Assembly (NCBI GenBank): GCA_918797485.1
Contig: CAKKNE010000002.1
Location: 5,766,001 to 5,830,000 of the forward strand
DNA: 64,000 bases
Direction: 5' to 3'
Origin: Pelagomonas calceolata
Lineage: Eukaryota
The notes under the pieces were generated by a model. The model searched no databases, had not been told where the DNA came from, and worked only from the letters and a program-made list of their open reading frames with translations. Below, one piece after another: positions 20,061-31,271 of the stretch (position 1 is its first letter; each line of letters begins with the position of its first letter). The position numbers and the translations under genes were made by a program.

Positions 20061-22101
20061 CTACGCCTCGACCTTCTCTTCGGGCGCCTTCTCGAACGCC
20101 CCCTCGTCCAACTGGTCCATCTCGTCGACGTCCTGGAGCATCGCGAACAGCGCGTCGACGTCGATCTTGCCCAGATCCCCCCTACCGCGCGCGCGCACGG
20201 ACAGCCGCCCCGACGACGTCTCCTGCTCTCCCACGACGCACATGAGCGGCACGCGCTGCTGCTCGGCGTTGCGGATCTGCTTGTTCAACCTATCCTTCCC
20301 GGGGTCGACCTCGCACCGTAGACCGCGCCTCTTCGCCTTCGCGGCGACGTCGGCGCAGAAGCCCCGCGCTTCGTCGGTCACCGGTAATAATCGCAATTGA
20401 GTAGGGGCTAACCATAAAGGTAAATCGCCGCCCACGCTCTCGAGCAGGATGGCGAAGAATCTCTCCAATGAACCAAAAATGGCCCGGTGGACCATGATCG
20501 GCCGCTCATCCTTCCCCTCGCTGTTTCGATAGTTCAGGTCGAACCGATCGGGGAGATTGAAGTCGCACTGCACCGTCGAGCACTGCCACTGGCGCCCGAT
20601 CGCGTCTTTTATTTTTAAGTCAATCTTGGGGCCGTAGAAGGCGCCGCCGCCCTCGTCCACACCATATTTCCACTCCTTCCGGATCAAGGCGCCCTCCAGC
20701 GCCTTCGTCGCCTTCTCCCAGATCTCGTCGGAACCGACGGCCTTCTCAGGACGAGTAGACAGCATCAACTCATAATCCGTGAAGCCGAACTTCGTCAGGA
20801 TCTCCTGCGTCAACTCCAGCACGTCCACAATCTCATCTTCCAGCTGGTCCGGCGTGCAAAAAATGTGCGCGTCGTCTTGAGTGAAGCCTCGCACTCTCAT
20901 GAGACCCTGTAACGTGCCTGACCGCTCGTATCTGTAGACCGTACCGAGCTCCGCCCACCTGTAAGGCAGGTCTCTGTAAGAGCGTAGTTGGTCCTTGAAC
21001 ACCAAGCAGTGGAACGGACAGTTCATCGGCTTGAGCTGGTACTGCTCCTTCTCGACCTGTGTGGAAATCAACCAGTGAGCCTCCACGCCATCGAGCCGAC
21101 GCGGTCACGGGGACGCCGTCGCGTCGATGGCGCCGCAATTTGATGTCCACACAGGCAGCGACGTCCATCTGGTCGAACATGCCGTCGGCGTAGAAGTCGA
21201 AGTGGCCGCTCGTCTTCCAGAGCTCGACGTTCGCGATGTGCGGCGTGTAGAGTAACTCATAACCTCCCTTCTCGTGCAGGTCCTTCCACGTCTGTTCCAT
21301 CAGGCCCCGCACGCGCGCGCCTCGGGGATGCCAGAAGCAGAGGCCGCCGCCGGCCTGCTCTTGGATCGAGAACAAATCTAACTTCTTCCCGAGCAACCGA
21401 TGGTCGCGTTTCTTCGCCTCCTCCATCCGACGCTTGTGCTCCTTCAGTTGCCAGGCCTCGGGCCAGGCCGTGCCGTAGATGCGCGTGAGCATCTCTCGGT
21501 TCTCGTCGCCGCGCCAGTAGGCGCCCGCCACGCTTTCTAAGGCTACGGCTTTTGGCGAGATCTTTCCCGTCGACTCGAGGTGCGGCCCGGCGCACAGGTC
21601 CCACCACTCGTCCCCAATCCTGTAGAAGGAGATTTCGGCTTCATCCGGTAAATTGTCCACGACCTCGACCTTAAAGGTCTCGCCCTGATCTAGGAGGAAC
21701 TGTCGCGCTTCTTCTCGCGGCAACACTTCGCGAATGATAGGATAGTCCTTCTTGATGATCTTGTCCATCTCCTTCTTGATCCTCTTCAAGTCTTTATCGG
21801 TGATGGCCTCGCCCGTAGGCTTGTGAAAATCATAATAATAACCATTCTCGATCCAGGGGCCGATCGTGACTTGTACTTCATCCTTAAAGACGTTTTTTAC
21901 TGCCAAAGCCATGACGTGCGACGCCGAGTGTCGTAGTTTGACCATCTCTTCGTCTGCGTTTGTTGGTAATTGTGCGGCTTCGATCTCCTCCTGCGTCGCG
22001 GGCATGTGGCGCGCGACGGTCAGTGGCGCGCGCCGCCTGACGAGGGGCGCGAGCGCGCGCGCGCTGCGCAGGACGCCTGCCAGTAACATGGCCCGTCGCA
22101 T
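20061..22101 (-). CDS. thrS: Threonyl-tRNA synthetase, organellar/bacterial type; two exons (22101-21163, 21056-20061)
   Basis: RHSASHVMA, DLCAGPH, RDHRLLG, LKPMNCPFH, RVRGFTQDDAHIF, HRAIFGSLERF. Removing intron 21057-21162 restores MFDQMD-VEKEQYQLKPMNCP. Confidence 0.95.
21057..21162 (-). mobile_element. Introner element forming a 106-bp intron
   Basis: Minus strand: GTCGCTGC + TIR CTGTGTGGACATCAA ... TTGATTTCCACACAG | GTCGAGAA; 14/15-bp TIR, and the first 4 nt of the putative 8-bp TSD match. Confidence 0.85.
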
Positions 22102-22498
22102 CGGTGTGGGTGGGCGCCTGGAGCAGCGCCTCTGCTCCCTGCCGGTCCGTCTCGCCCTTTCAGAGCAGCTCACGCAGCGCAGCTGGCTCCCGCGGCAGAA
22201 CCTGTATTAAGCAGCCGTGCGATCGACCACAACGGTGCCAGCGCGCGACTCCTGTCGAGTTGACGCTCGGCGTCTCTGACAGCAAGAGGCAATGAGGTGA
22301 AGGGCTGAATTGGCAAAAGTCCAAGAAGCCGAGTACACGCGTCTTCAAAGCTATCTTCGGTCGCACAAGAGCAAGCAGACCGAAATCTACGCGTGCGGGT
22401 TCAGAGCCCAATTCCAAAAGCAAAGCTCCAAAAGACCGCGAAACACTGCGAACCGCAGCGCGGGCAGCCCGTTTTGAGGAGCACGGCACACATTGGCC

Positions 22499-24193
22499 AT
22501 GGCAGCCCCGTCCTACGAAGCTTTAGGCATCCTGAACCTCCTCTTTTTACTAATAGGGGTGCTCATCTTGCTAGCTGTCAATACCTATGTCGTCTGGCAG
22601 TGGCGCCACCCGGAGGATCGGAATGAATGGTTCTCCGCCAAACTAATAGTGGTGCTGTCGATGCTCGCCTCCGAACTAGTAATAATAGGATTACCTCTAG
22701 ACGTCACGAACAACCAAGGTTCTAGGGACTGTTCGTGGGAGGGAGGCGACTACGCGAAGTGCGGCGGGCTGGACATGAGAGGCTACTGGGTCGGGGTGAG
22801 CTGGCTGCAGATGGCGTGTGCGCTGTGTTTGCTGCCTGGTTTTTTATTTGCCTATGAAGCTTACGATGACGTCGACCATACCACAGAGTGCGGTTCTCTT
22901 GTTAAAGGAGGTCTCTGTTCGGTATTGGCTATCTTGATAGTCTTCGTGTCCGTGTGTGTGCCCATGTACCTCTCGTCAGAAATGAACGCGGTGCGGCGGC
23001 CCGTCGTCGCCTATACAGGTACCCTTGGCACTGTCCAGACCTACTCAAATACGAACATGAGTAGTTTCGCGGCGATGGGTGATCTGGATGAAGCCGTGAC
23101 TTCTTCATCTTCAGAGTATCTGTTCTACAGCGTCGACTTCCTCGACTACGCGACAAGGTTATTCAGCTGGCTGGGCTGGTTCCTGTTCGTGCTCTGGGGC
23201 GGCATTGGGTTGGTGTCATTACCCGTGGACTACGTGCTAGCGTACATCTACCGGCCGATTCCGTTGGACGCGCGGGAATTAGCGGACCTGAGGTTATCTG
23301 TGCAACGTAGAACAGCGGAACTACTGGATCTAGGGAGGCAATTACAAGGTGAACGAGCAGCATACAAAGAGGGTCCGAAACTAGGATGGTTGGCAAGGAG
23401 GCGCCACGAGGCCGCGGACCAAGTAAGGGTCAACAAGCTGTCCCAGATGGCGATGATCCTCGAAGGTGATGTGGAAGAACTGGAGATCTGCTCCGGGAAT
23501 GCGAAGGACTACGAACCTTTGCTCTACGTCCTTTATTTGTTTATGGGCATCATCGCGGCGATCCACTCGTTATTGTGGTTCTTGCATATAGCTATATACA
23601 TCCTACCGCGGGAGCCGGCGCACCCCTTCTTAAATGATTACTTGAAACAATTCTCGACGTGGTACCCTTTATTTGGCAGTGTGGCGTGTGCGTTCTTCGC
23701 ACTTTATCTACTATGGTGTACAGTACACGGGTGCCTGAAATTTGGCACGAGATGCTTCTGCATCAAACTGCACCCGATGAAGCGCCACGGGACGTATTTG
23801 AATGCCATGCTGTTCAACACGGCACTCGTGGGCTTCTGCGCCCTCCCAGTCGCGGAGTTTTCGGCGCACGCCTTCGCGGACTACGCGGCCTACGCGGACG
23901 CGTCCACCCGCTTTTCAACATTGAGACGGCTCCACTTTTTTAGGTTTTGGTTCGCGCCCCTGAAGAAGACGTCGGGCGACGTCATGACGTTTGCGTTCGT
24001 GGCGCTGTTCTGCGTCAGCGTGCTCTGGTTCTTCTTCCTGCCGCACGACGTGCCCGCGTCGGCCCAGAAGCTGCGCGAGTCCCTCGCGTCGAGCGTGCCC
24101 GCCAAAAAGGAGAGGGAGATTGAAATGAAGCCTATGTTAAAGGCCAAGGACCTCAAGAAGCGGAACGAGACGCGGCGCGCGGGCAAGGTGTAA
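22499..24193 (+). CDS. LMBR1-like multi-pass membrane protein
   Basis: WRHPEDRN, LPLDVTN, GGIGLVSLPVD, HPMKRHGTYLNAMLFN; about 9 TM segments. Confidence 0.85.
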   Translation: MAAPSYEALGILNLLFLLIGVLILLAVNTYVVWQWRHPEDRNEWFSAKLIVVLSMLASELVIIGLPLDVTNNQGSRDCSWEGGDYAKCGGLDMRGYWVGVSWLQMACALCLLPGFLFAYEAYDDVDHTTECGSLVKGGLCSVLAILIVFVSVCVPMYLSSEMNAVRRPVVAYTGTLGTVQTYSNTNMSSFAAMGDLDEAVTSSSSEYLFYSVDFLDYATRLFSWLGWFLFVLWGGIGLVSLPVDYVLAYIYRPIPLDARELADLRLSVQRRTAELLDLGRQLQGERAAYKEGPKLGWLARRRHEAADQVRVNKLSQMAMILEGDVEELEICSGNAKDYEPLLYVLYLFMGIIAAIHSLLWFLHIAIYILPREPAHPFLNDYLKQFSTWYPLFGSVACAFFALYLLWCTVHGCLKFGTRCFCIKLHPMKRHGTYLNAMLFNTALVGFCALPVAEFSAHAFADYAAYADASTRFSTLRRLHFFRFWFAPLKKTSGDVMTFAFVALFCVSVLWFFFLPHDVPASAQKLRESLASSVPAKKEREIEMKPMLKAKDLKKRNETRRAGKV

Positions 24194-24436
24194 TTTTGTG
24201 ATATATTTTTGGTGCTTCGCGTCGATGGCGTGGAGGTCCGCGGAGCCCGGCCCGCCCGTCAGCAGGCGTCGGGGCGTTATGAAAGACGCGGCGGCAGCGC
24301 CCGGCACTTCGCCCGGCGCCAGTCCGGCGCCGACGAATCGCCCGCGGCGACGCGCCGTGTCACTAGTCCTAGCACCGTAGCAGAAATCCAGCTCGTCGAC
24401 GCGTGTATTCCCCCCAGGACACAATAGGTTCGACAA

Positions 24437-24955
24437 TTACTGCGCCGCCGTCACGGTCACGAGCGACTCGAGCGGCGCGTCGTCCGAGTCCTCGTCCTCA
24501 GCAGGAGGAGGCGCCTCGACGGCCGGCCGCTGCGCCGCGGGCTCCTCGACCGGCGCAGAAGCCGCCTTGCGCTTGCCGCTCTCGTGCGCCCGCAGCGCGG
24601 CCAGGAACTCCTCGAGCTGGGGCTTGACGTCGTCGAGCTCGAGCTCGCCGCACGCCGCCAAGATATCTTGCGCCGTGACCGTCTGCTTCTTCTTGTCCTT
24701 GCAGATGTCGTTCGCGCAGGTCGTGAGGTAGACAATAAAAATGCCTGCGGCCTTGGCGAACGCCTGCTTCGCTTCCTTGGTCACTTGGATGTTGTCGGGG
24801 ATCGCGCTCTTGACGATGCGCATGACGCAGGCCGCCGGCGGCTCAAAATCTAAAGGTTTTTCGAGCGTCGCGTCCAGGGCCTGCTGGCGGGCCGCCGCCG
24901 CGACGGCCTCGACGCTCGGGGCCTCGAGCGGTGGTGCGGGCGGGGCCTGCTCCAT
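24437..24955 (-). CDS. POLE3: Histone-fold protein, DNA polymerase epsilon subunit 3 / CHRAC17
   Basis: PAACVMRIVKSAIPDNIQVTKEAKQAFAKAAGIFIVYLT...KKQTVTAQDILAA. Confidence 0.8.
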   Translation of the reverse strand: MEQAPPAPPLEAPSVEAVAAAARQQALDATLEKPLDFEPPAACVMRIVKSAIPDNIQVTKEAKQAFAKAAGIFIVYLTTCANDICKDKKKQTVTAQDILAACGELELDDVKPQLEEFLAALRAHESGKRKAASAPVEEPAAQRPAVEAPPPAEDEDSDDAPLESLVTVTAAQ

Positions 24956-25100
24956 CTTTTGGTAGTCTAGGGCCTCGCGGCGCGGTTTTTTTTTGCCTCG
25001 CAGCTTCTGTCTGACGGCAGCGAGCTCTCAACGTGGCTGGCAAGTGATTTCAGCGCCCCGTAGCCTCCTTTTCTAGGCCGCGCTCTCTTGGTACGTAATT

Positions 25101-25124
25101 GCTAGTGTCTTACAGAACGCTAGC
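25101..25124 (+). promoter_or_regulatory. GCTAG-TGTCTTAC-N5-GCTAGC motif in a divergent promoter
   Basis: GCTAGTGTCTTACAGAACGCTAGC lies about midway between the ATGs at 24955(-) and 25249(+). Confidence 0.6.
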
Positions 25125-25248
25125 GCTGCAAAGGCCGCATGCTGCGTACGACGCAAAACGTGGCTCCTGAGGATCACTAATACTACTGAGGAGCCTAATA
25201 GTTGCATTTGTTCCACGCATTTGCACGCGTGCGGCGCCAGAGGCCAAG

Positions 25249-25743
25249 ATGGGCTGGCCAGCAGCACTGTACCGCAGCTGTGCGTTCGCTGCCGCAGCAG
25301 TTCTCCACCTCCACGCCGTCGCCGCATCCGCACCAGCAAGAGTAACACCGCCGCTGCTGCCGCGCCGCATCGTGGACAACCTCGCGTACGCGCCGCTCCG
25401 CGTCGAGTGCCGCGTGCGGCGCGGCCCGCTGCGCAACGCGGTCCTTCGTGGCGTGCTGGTCCTGCAGGAGGACGGCGGGTGCGAGGTCGTGCTCGAGGAC
25501 GGTGCGTCGGTCAACGGCACGTGGACGATGTTGCCGGCCGGGCACGAGATTTTGGATAGGCTCTGGGACGAGGTCCGCTTCGACGCGGTCCTGGCGGACG
25601 GCGTCCCCTACGTGGCCCACGCGCGGCTCTACGCGCGCTGGTCCCATTCCCATGCGCTTACTTCCCACGGCGCGGTCCTGCGCGGGACCCACGGATGGCT
25701 GCGGCCCGTCGTCGCGTCGTTTACGTTGTCGCACGTAACTTGA
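25249..25743 (+). CDS. Hypothetical protein with signal-peptide-like N-terminus
   Basis: GC3-biased 164-aa ORF; no family recognised. Confidence 0.5.
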   Translation: MGWPAALYRSCAFAAAAVLHLHAVAASAPARVTPPLLPRRIVDNLAYAPLRVECRVRRGPLRNAVLRGVLVLQEDGGCEVVLEDGASVNGTWTMLPAGHEILDRLWDEVRFDAVLADGVPYVAHARLYARWSHSHALTSHGAVLRGTHGWLRPVVASFTLSHVT

Positions 25744-26017
25744 TTGTATTGTTCGTGTGTGGCCTCCCGGTTGGTGGTGGTGATTACGTTCCGGCGCGGC
25801 GGCTTCGGGGCGCGCGGGTTTGCTGCATCCGGGTTCCGGCATCTGTCCGAACAAGGACGCGTCGGACGGCGTCGGACAGCGTCTTTGCGGCACCGGAAAT
25901 ACCTAACTTAGCACGCATCGTCGCCTCCAGCAGCCTCTGCTAAAAGCGTGTTGCCGGGAGGCTATCAATCAAAGATGCACTAAGCAATGACCAGGCGCAG
26001 CAGCGCGTAGTATAAAA

Positions 26018-26468
26018 ATGAGCGGCGCATCAAAATCCAGCAGCGATGGCAGTCCGCCGGAGCCAAAACCCATGCTGGGTTTGGAAAGCTCGGGCAGGCC
26101 TGAGCTGATCACGGTCGAAGCCGAGCCCGAGATCGTCTCGCCGCGCGTGACGCGCGCGAGCCTGCCGCCCGTGGCCCTTGAGAACGGTGCTTTGGAATGT
26201 CCCGTGCGGCCCCGCGTCCGGTTTCGCGCGCGCGGCGGCAGGAAATTCGGCGCAGCGATGGATATAAATGAGCGCGCGTCGTCGTATTGATAAATCTCAA
26301 CGCACGCAGGCCTGCGGCGGCTGCTTCCCCGACTGGGAGCGATATTATGGGCACGTCATCGCCCCGGACAACCGCGTCTGCGCGTGGGTGCAGATCGACC
26401 TCATCGACGTCGTCCCCAAAAAGAAGGGCGACGGCGAGGGCGACGCTTCCGCGAGCGCCGACAGCTAG
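26018..26468 (+). CDS. Small protein with a C2H2-like zinc finger; two exons (26018-26203, 26310-26468)
   Basis: A phase-0 GT..GCAG intron 26204-26309 joins the two ORFs to give ECP-ACGGCFPDWERYYGHV. Confidence 0.6.
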
Positions 26469-26757
26469 GGCGGGAATTCCTGGGGCGGCCGCACCCCGCG
26501 ACCTCCGGGCGCGCGCGGAGCGCCCTCTGTTTGTACATATATTTAACGACTTATTATTATGAACCTCACCTTACTGCGTCGGTGTCGTCGATGGCGTGCG
26601 GATCCGACAGTGGGCTCCTGTGCCTCCCTGTGCCTGTGCCTCTGCATTTTGAGTGCGCGCGCGGCGTGAGGAGAGGACGCCATCTCTCTAACCGACGCAT
26701 CAGTAGTTTAATCTCGCAGCGGCGCATTGATCGAAGCTGCAAAGGCAGCGAGCAATA

Positions 26758-27927
26758 ATGGCCTCCCGCAAAGGCAGCAGTGAAGCGCCATCACTGCCTT
26801 TAGAGCTTGCTGGGCCATTCTACGACACGGCGACGCTGATTAGTATGTCGCAGACGACCAAGGCGTGCGCCGCGTCCAAGATGCTCGCGGCGCAGTGGGC
26901 CGGAGTCTTCTCGCGGCGCTTCCCGTGCCTCGCGGCGCTGCCGGCATTCCAAGCTCCGCTGGCCGACGCGAAGGCCCTCGTCAAGGGGCTGCTCACGGCG
27001 ACGCCACCACCTCCCGAGCCGCCGCGACGTGGCCGGTCGCGCGGGTCGCCGCTCCCGGCGGTCCCGCTCGACGGCGCGGGGCGAGCGCTTCCATTACGAG
27101 AACTCACCATCGTGGCGGTCCAGCTATCGAAACGCGGCGATGCTGCATTATTAGATCGGCCGCTGCTGTTTGGGCATCGACGGGTAGGTGTGGGATGTAT
27201 GGAGGTGGCAAACGAGGACAATGAAGATGGTAGGTTCGGATATAATGGGCCGAATTGGGAGGAAGAGATCCCTCTACAAGCCACCGCGCAAACGGAGACC
27301 CTTGATGAACTACGGAGCATCAAAAAAGCCCTCTCGCTTCCAGATTGTGTTTTCCTCGAGCAAGGAACCGGCGAGGCGACTCCAAACGTCCGCTCTCTGT
27401 GCCAGGACATGTGCCGAGCCGCGGAGGCAACGTTACGCCAGGACGTCTTCGTCGTCGCCGGCAGTGAAGTCTGGAGGATGGGCGACGCATCACACACTTG
27501 CGCGGGCAGCTTGGCGCGTTGTGAGTCAATGCTGCAGTCTAACTTCGACTGGTACATCGATCGAATCACCGAGTTTGGGGGGAACGGCGAACCCACAGAC
27601 CGCGGCCCAATTGTGTTTCTAGGAATACTGTTTAATCGAATGAATCTGGCAATGTCGATGCGGTGGAACCTTGGTGCTTATGGGCATCATGATCGGTTTG
27701 CTCCTGTTGTAGAACCGCTTGATTACTATACCGACTGCTACAGCCTGGGCTGTTATCTAATTGCGCCTTGGCGCCAATTAGTCATAGACAACATCGTCGA
27801 CCGGCACCCTGGGACCAATATCGACTACGACGAGGACCTCGACGAAGACGACGGCCACCCCTACCTCTGCCAGCTCCTCGCGGCGACGCGGCCCGTCCGC
27901 GTCGCGAGGGCCCCGAGGGCCGCCTAG
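26758..27927 (+). CDS. Hypothetical protein (weak F-box-like N-terminus)
   Basis: 389-aa ORF; SLPLELAGPFYDTATLISMSQT. Confidence 0.6.
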   Translation: MASRKGSSEAPSLPLELAGPFYDTATLISMSQTTKACAASKMLAAQWAGVFSRRFPCLAALPAFQAPLADAKALVKGLLTATPPPPEPPRRGRSRGSPLPAVPLDGAGRALPLRELTIVAVQLSKRGDAALLDRPLLFGHRRVGVGCMEVANEDNEDGRFGYNGPNWEEEIPLQATAQTETLDELRSIKKALSLPDCVFLEQGTGEATPNVRSLCQDMCRAAEATLRQDVFVVAGSEVWRMGDASHTCAGSLARCESMLQSNFDWYIDRITEFGGNGEPTDRGPIVFLGILFNRMNLAMSMRWNLGAYGHHDRFAPVVEPLDYYTDCYSLGCYLIAPWRQLVIDNIVDRHPGTNIDYDEDLDEDDGHPYLCQLLAATRPVRVARAPRAA

Positions 27928-27998
27928 AGAGGTCCGGCACCGACGAGTAAGTAAGAATGGATAGTGCACTTAAGAACGCGATAGGGGAACCGGCACTA

Positions 27999-30929
27999 CT
28001 AGCGCCGCAGCACCGTCGCCGCGCGCTCGTTGTGCATGATCGCGTCCTCCGCGGCGAGCGATCTCAACGCCGCGAGGAACGCGAGCTGGTCGAGGTCGCC
28101 GTCGTGGTTCCGCTGGACCTCGTCTCTAATTTCAGCGATGGACACGGGCGTGCCGCGCGGTCTCGCTTCCATAATCTTCTTGAGATCCTTGCAGAGCGAC
28201 TCGTGGAGGGCGCGGTCGGACGCGGTCCGTCCCGTGGTGATGGCGTCCATGTCTATTAAACCGGTGGACGCGTCCGTCGCCGCCGCGAGCGTGGCGACCT
28301 GCATCAGCCGCACGGCCTCCAGCACGTCAGCTTTCGTCACGCGAGTCTCGAGGCGCATGCGGCACAGCGCTTCAGAAATGCGGATCATGCCCTCTAGTTG
28401 TCTAGGCGTCGCCGTGATGGCTCTACCTCTATTCGGCCTCGCGCTTCCACCACCCCGCATCCGGACGTACGCATCGACGAGTTCCGACCGAGCTTCAGGA
28501 CCTAATTCAGGATGGATCCGCGCGCGTGCGAACGCGACATAATCCCGCAGAAAGCGCTCGTCCGCCGGGGCCTGGACCTTGCGCGCCTGCTCTTCCGTAC
28601 TTCCAGGCTCCGGCGGCGCCAAATAAAGCTCTACGATATGTTTCGCGAGGCGTCTATCTGAGTCCCTATCGGGATTGTCCAATATCAAATAAATCAGATC
28701 AAAACGCGATAGCAACGTAGGAGGCAGCTGGATGTTTTCTACTACCGACAGTCTCGGGTTATATCTCGAGTCCACAGGATTGGCCGCGGCAAAGATGGAA
28801 GCGCGAGCGTTCAACGTAGCCACAATACCTGCTTTAGCTAATGATATCGTCTGCTGCTCCATGGCCTCATGGAGCACGGCCCTAGTCATATCAGACATCT
28901 TGTCAAATTCGTCAATACAGCATATACCTAGATCAGATAAAACCACAGCTCCCGACTCCATGACCAACTCTCGCGTTTCCGGGTCTCGCTGCACGGAAGC
29001 CGTTAACCCAACCGCAGACGACCCTTTGCCCGACGTGTAGACCCCGCGAGGCGCGATCTTGTGGACATAGGATAAGAGCTGGGACTTGGACGTACCGGGA
29101 TCTCCGCACATGAGCACGTTAATGTCACCTCTACTACGAGCCCCGGGCGTGACACCCGTGCGCGCGACCGCACCGTCCCGCGGCCCGTCCTCGGTCTTCG
29201 TCTCCCGCAATCGAGCGCACCCTCCAAACAACATGCATAAAACGCCGCGTTTGACGTCTTCCATACCGTAGATCGAGGGCGCCAAAGCCCTCACCAGCTT
29301 CTCGTAGGGCGCCTCGCCGTCCCGCGCAAACCTTTCAATCTGCCGGATACGGTCCGACGAGAACTGGGGCCCGATTGGCTTCGAAGGGTCGTCGTCGATG
29401 ACATCAGCGACGTCGTCCCTCTCATCACCTTTCTTTCTGAAATGTATACTATCGATATAGGTTCTAAAAAGACTTTTGCAGGTCCGCACGCGAGGATGCA
29501 CTCTCCTCGGAATCGCCCGGAAGATACCCGTCACTTCTACTCTGTCACCAGGCCGCACGGCATCTACCACATCATCAAAGGCGAATAATGTGGTAGTGTG
29601 CGGCGTCTCGCCCTCGGGGATTTGACTAGGGGCTTCCTGCAGTCTTACTATTTGTCTATCGGTAAAAATACATCGGTTGTGGATGAGCTCCATGGCACCC
29701 TTGGCGCCGCAGCCGGCCCGCGCGCATTTTGAGGGTTCGTCCACTCTACCTCGATCAACGAGTACATCGACCGATCCACCACACACGACGCACTTGTAGT
29801 GGGCTTGTTTGAGGTCCGGTACTACACTGCTGGTGCGTGTAACCATGCCAGCCACCGCAACCAACTGATCGATGTTCTCCGGGTCCAAATCCCTCAAATC
29901 GTGGACCTCCCGCAAATTGTAGGGTCGCACTTGAATGCGAGGCGGCTCCTGATCCAATTCTGAGGCTTTCTCCGGGGAGTCTACCGCATCTTCTAGGATA
30001 CACCTCGACAGTTCTTCGGTAGCGACCAAGTCCATAATAGGAACCACCTCCTGCGGGTACTGGACTAGGTTACGATACAAATCGGCACTATGAGCGTGTA
30101 AATGCCGACAGTTCACATCCAACGCGGTTCTATTAGCGTGAGCTGCTTTTAACCCTCTAACATAGTAAGGATCCGTATGCTGCTTGCCCGCGTCGCGTCG
30201 CGGCGCATAAGTTCTCAAAAACCGACAGAAGTCGTCCATGACGTCCTCGACGTTCACGGTCGTGCCCCAAATCACTGCTTTAGCCTCGCCCGTCGTCTCT
30301 GTCGCGGGCGCGGGTGCCGGTTCGGGCTCAGTCGTGTCCTTCTCCGGCGTCGCGCCGACGATCGTCCGTTGTCTTAATGCGGACGATATGCCGCCCCGAT
30401 CCAAGCCTAGGCCACCCCGAGGCACCGGCGCTCGTCTCCGATGACCGACGCTCGGCGAGTCGCCCATGATCGGCGTCGGCGGCAATGAACCCGAGGCCGA
30501 CGGACTTCGAGGCCCGCCCGACGACGACGGCGCCCGCAGCGACGACACGGGCGTGCCCGGCGCCTCGTCATGCGGCGTCGCCGGCACCAATAACCCGGGG
30601 CTCTGGGGCGTCGCGGGTACTAATGGAGAGGCCGGGCTGCGCGGCGAGCGGCGCCGTTGGGGGGATTCGGCAGGTGGTGACCGCGGCGTGCGGCGGCGCG
30701 CGGGCGACGCGGCGGGCGCCGCGGCGCCGGGCGACGCCCGCGGCGTCCGGCGGCGCTTCGCCGGCGACGCGCCCTCGGGCGTGCGGCGGGCTGACCGCCG
30801 CGGGGCTGGGCTCGGCGCCGCGGCGCTGCCGGGCGTCGCGGGCGGGCTCCGCAGCCGCGGGCTCCGGCGCGGCGGCGGCGACCGGCGCGGCGGCGGCGAG
30901 GCCGGCGGCTCGTCGCCGTTGTCGGCCAT
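27999..30929 (-). CDS. MCM4: DNA replication licensing factor MCM4
   Basis: S/T-P-rich N-terminus, VIWGTTVNV, Zn finger, GDPGTSKSQLL, IDEFDKM, LLSRFDLIYL, ATPRQLE. Confidence 0.95.
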   Translation of the reverse strand: MADNGDEPPASPPPRRSPPPRRSPRLRSPPATPGSAAAPSPAPRRSARRTPEGASPAKRRRTPRASPGAAAPAASPARRRTPRSPPAESPQRRRSPRSPASPLVPATPQSPGLLVPATPHDEAPGTPVSSLRAPSSSGGPRSPSASGSLPPTPIMGDSPSVGHRRRAPVPRGGLGLDRGGISSALRQRTIVGATPEKDTTEPEPAPAPATETTGEAKAVIWGTTVNVEDVMDDFCRFLRTYAPRRDAGKQHTDPYYVRGLKAAHANRTALDVNCRHLHAHSADLYRNLVQYPQEVVPIMDLVATEELSRCILEDAVDSPEKASELDQEPPRIQVRPYNLREVHDLRDLDPENIDQLVAVAGMVTRTSSVVPDLKQAHYKCVVCGGSVDVLVDRGRVDEPSKCARAGCGAKGAMELIHNRCIFTDRQIVRLQEAPSQIPEGETPHTTTLFAFDDVVDAVRPGDRVEVTGIFRAIPRRVHPRVRTCKSLFRTYIDSIHFRKKGDERDDVADVIDDDPSKPIGPQFSSDRIRQIERFARDGEAPYEKLVRALAPSIYGMEDVKRGVLCMLFGGCARLRETKTEDGPRDGAVARTGVTPGARSRGDINVLMCGDPGTSKSQLLSYVHKIAPRGVYTSGKGSSAVGLTASVQRDPETRELVMESGAVVLSDLGICCIDEFDKMSDMTRAVLHEAMEQQTISLAKAGIVATLNARASIFAAANPVDSRYNPRLSVVENIQLPPTLLSRFDLIYLILDNPDRDSDRRLAKHIVELYLAPPEPGSTEEQARKVQAPADERFLRDYVAFARARIHPELGPEARSELVDAYVRMRGGGSARPNRGRAITATPRQLEGMIRISEALCRMRLETRVTKADVLEAVRLMQVATLAAATDASTGLIDMDAITTGRTASDRALHESLCKDLKKIMEARPRGTPVSIAEIRDEVQRNHDGDLDQLAFLAALRSLAAEDAIMHNERAATVLRR

Positions 30930-31271
30930 GCCTATCGCTTCTTTTTCGCCACTATCGCTCGTGCTTTGGCTCGTTTGGCTCGCGCGCGGCTTGCTCTAGA
31001 GCGAAGAGCAAGGGGCCAGGAAAGGCCTTGCGGCGCGGCTGCGGTGCAGCGAGGACTGCTAGGGGTGCTGCGCTGCAGCTGTATCAGTACCCAGGAGACG
31101 CAGATAAGGCCAGGGATTGCTATGCGGCGCAGGCCACCGGCAAAACCAGACGGCGCCCAAACAAGGCTAGCATGTTAATTACGCTAGCAAATTATACGGA
31201 TCCAAAGCCAGTTTGGCTGTGCGCTGCTTCGAACGCCCACGGCCCGTACGACTGGGAAAACACACCACACG

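Noticed and set aside
20833..21162. Programmed frameshift or split thrS
   Set aside because: Fully explained by the 106-bp intron.
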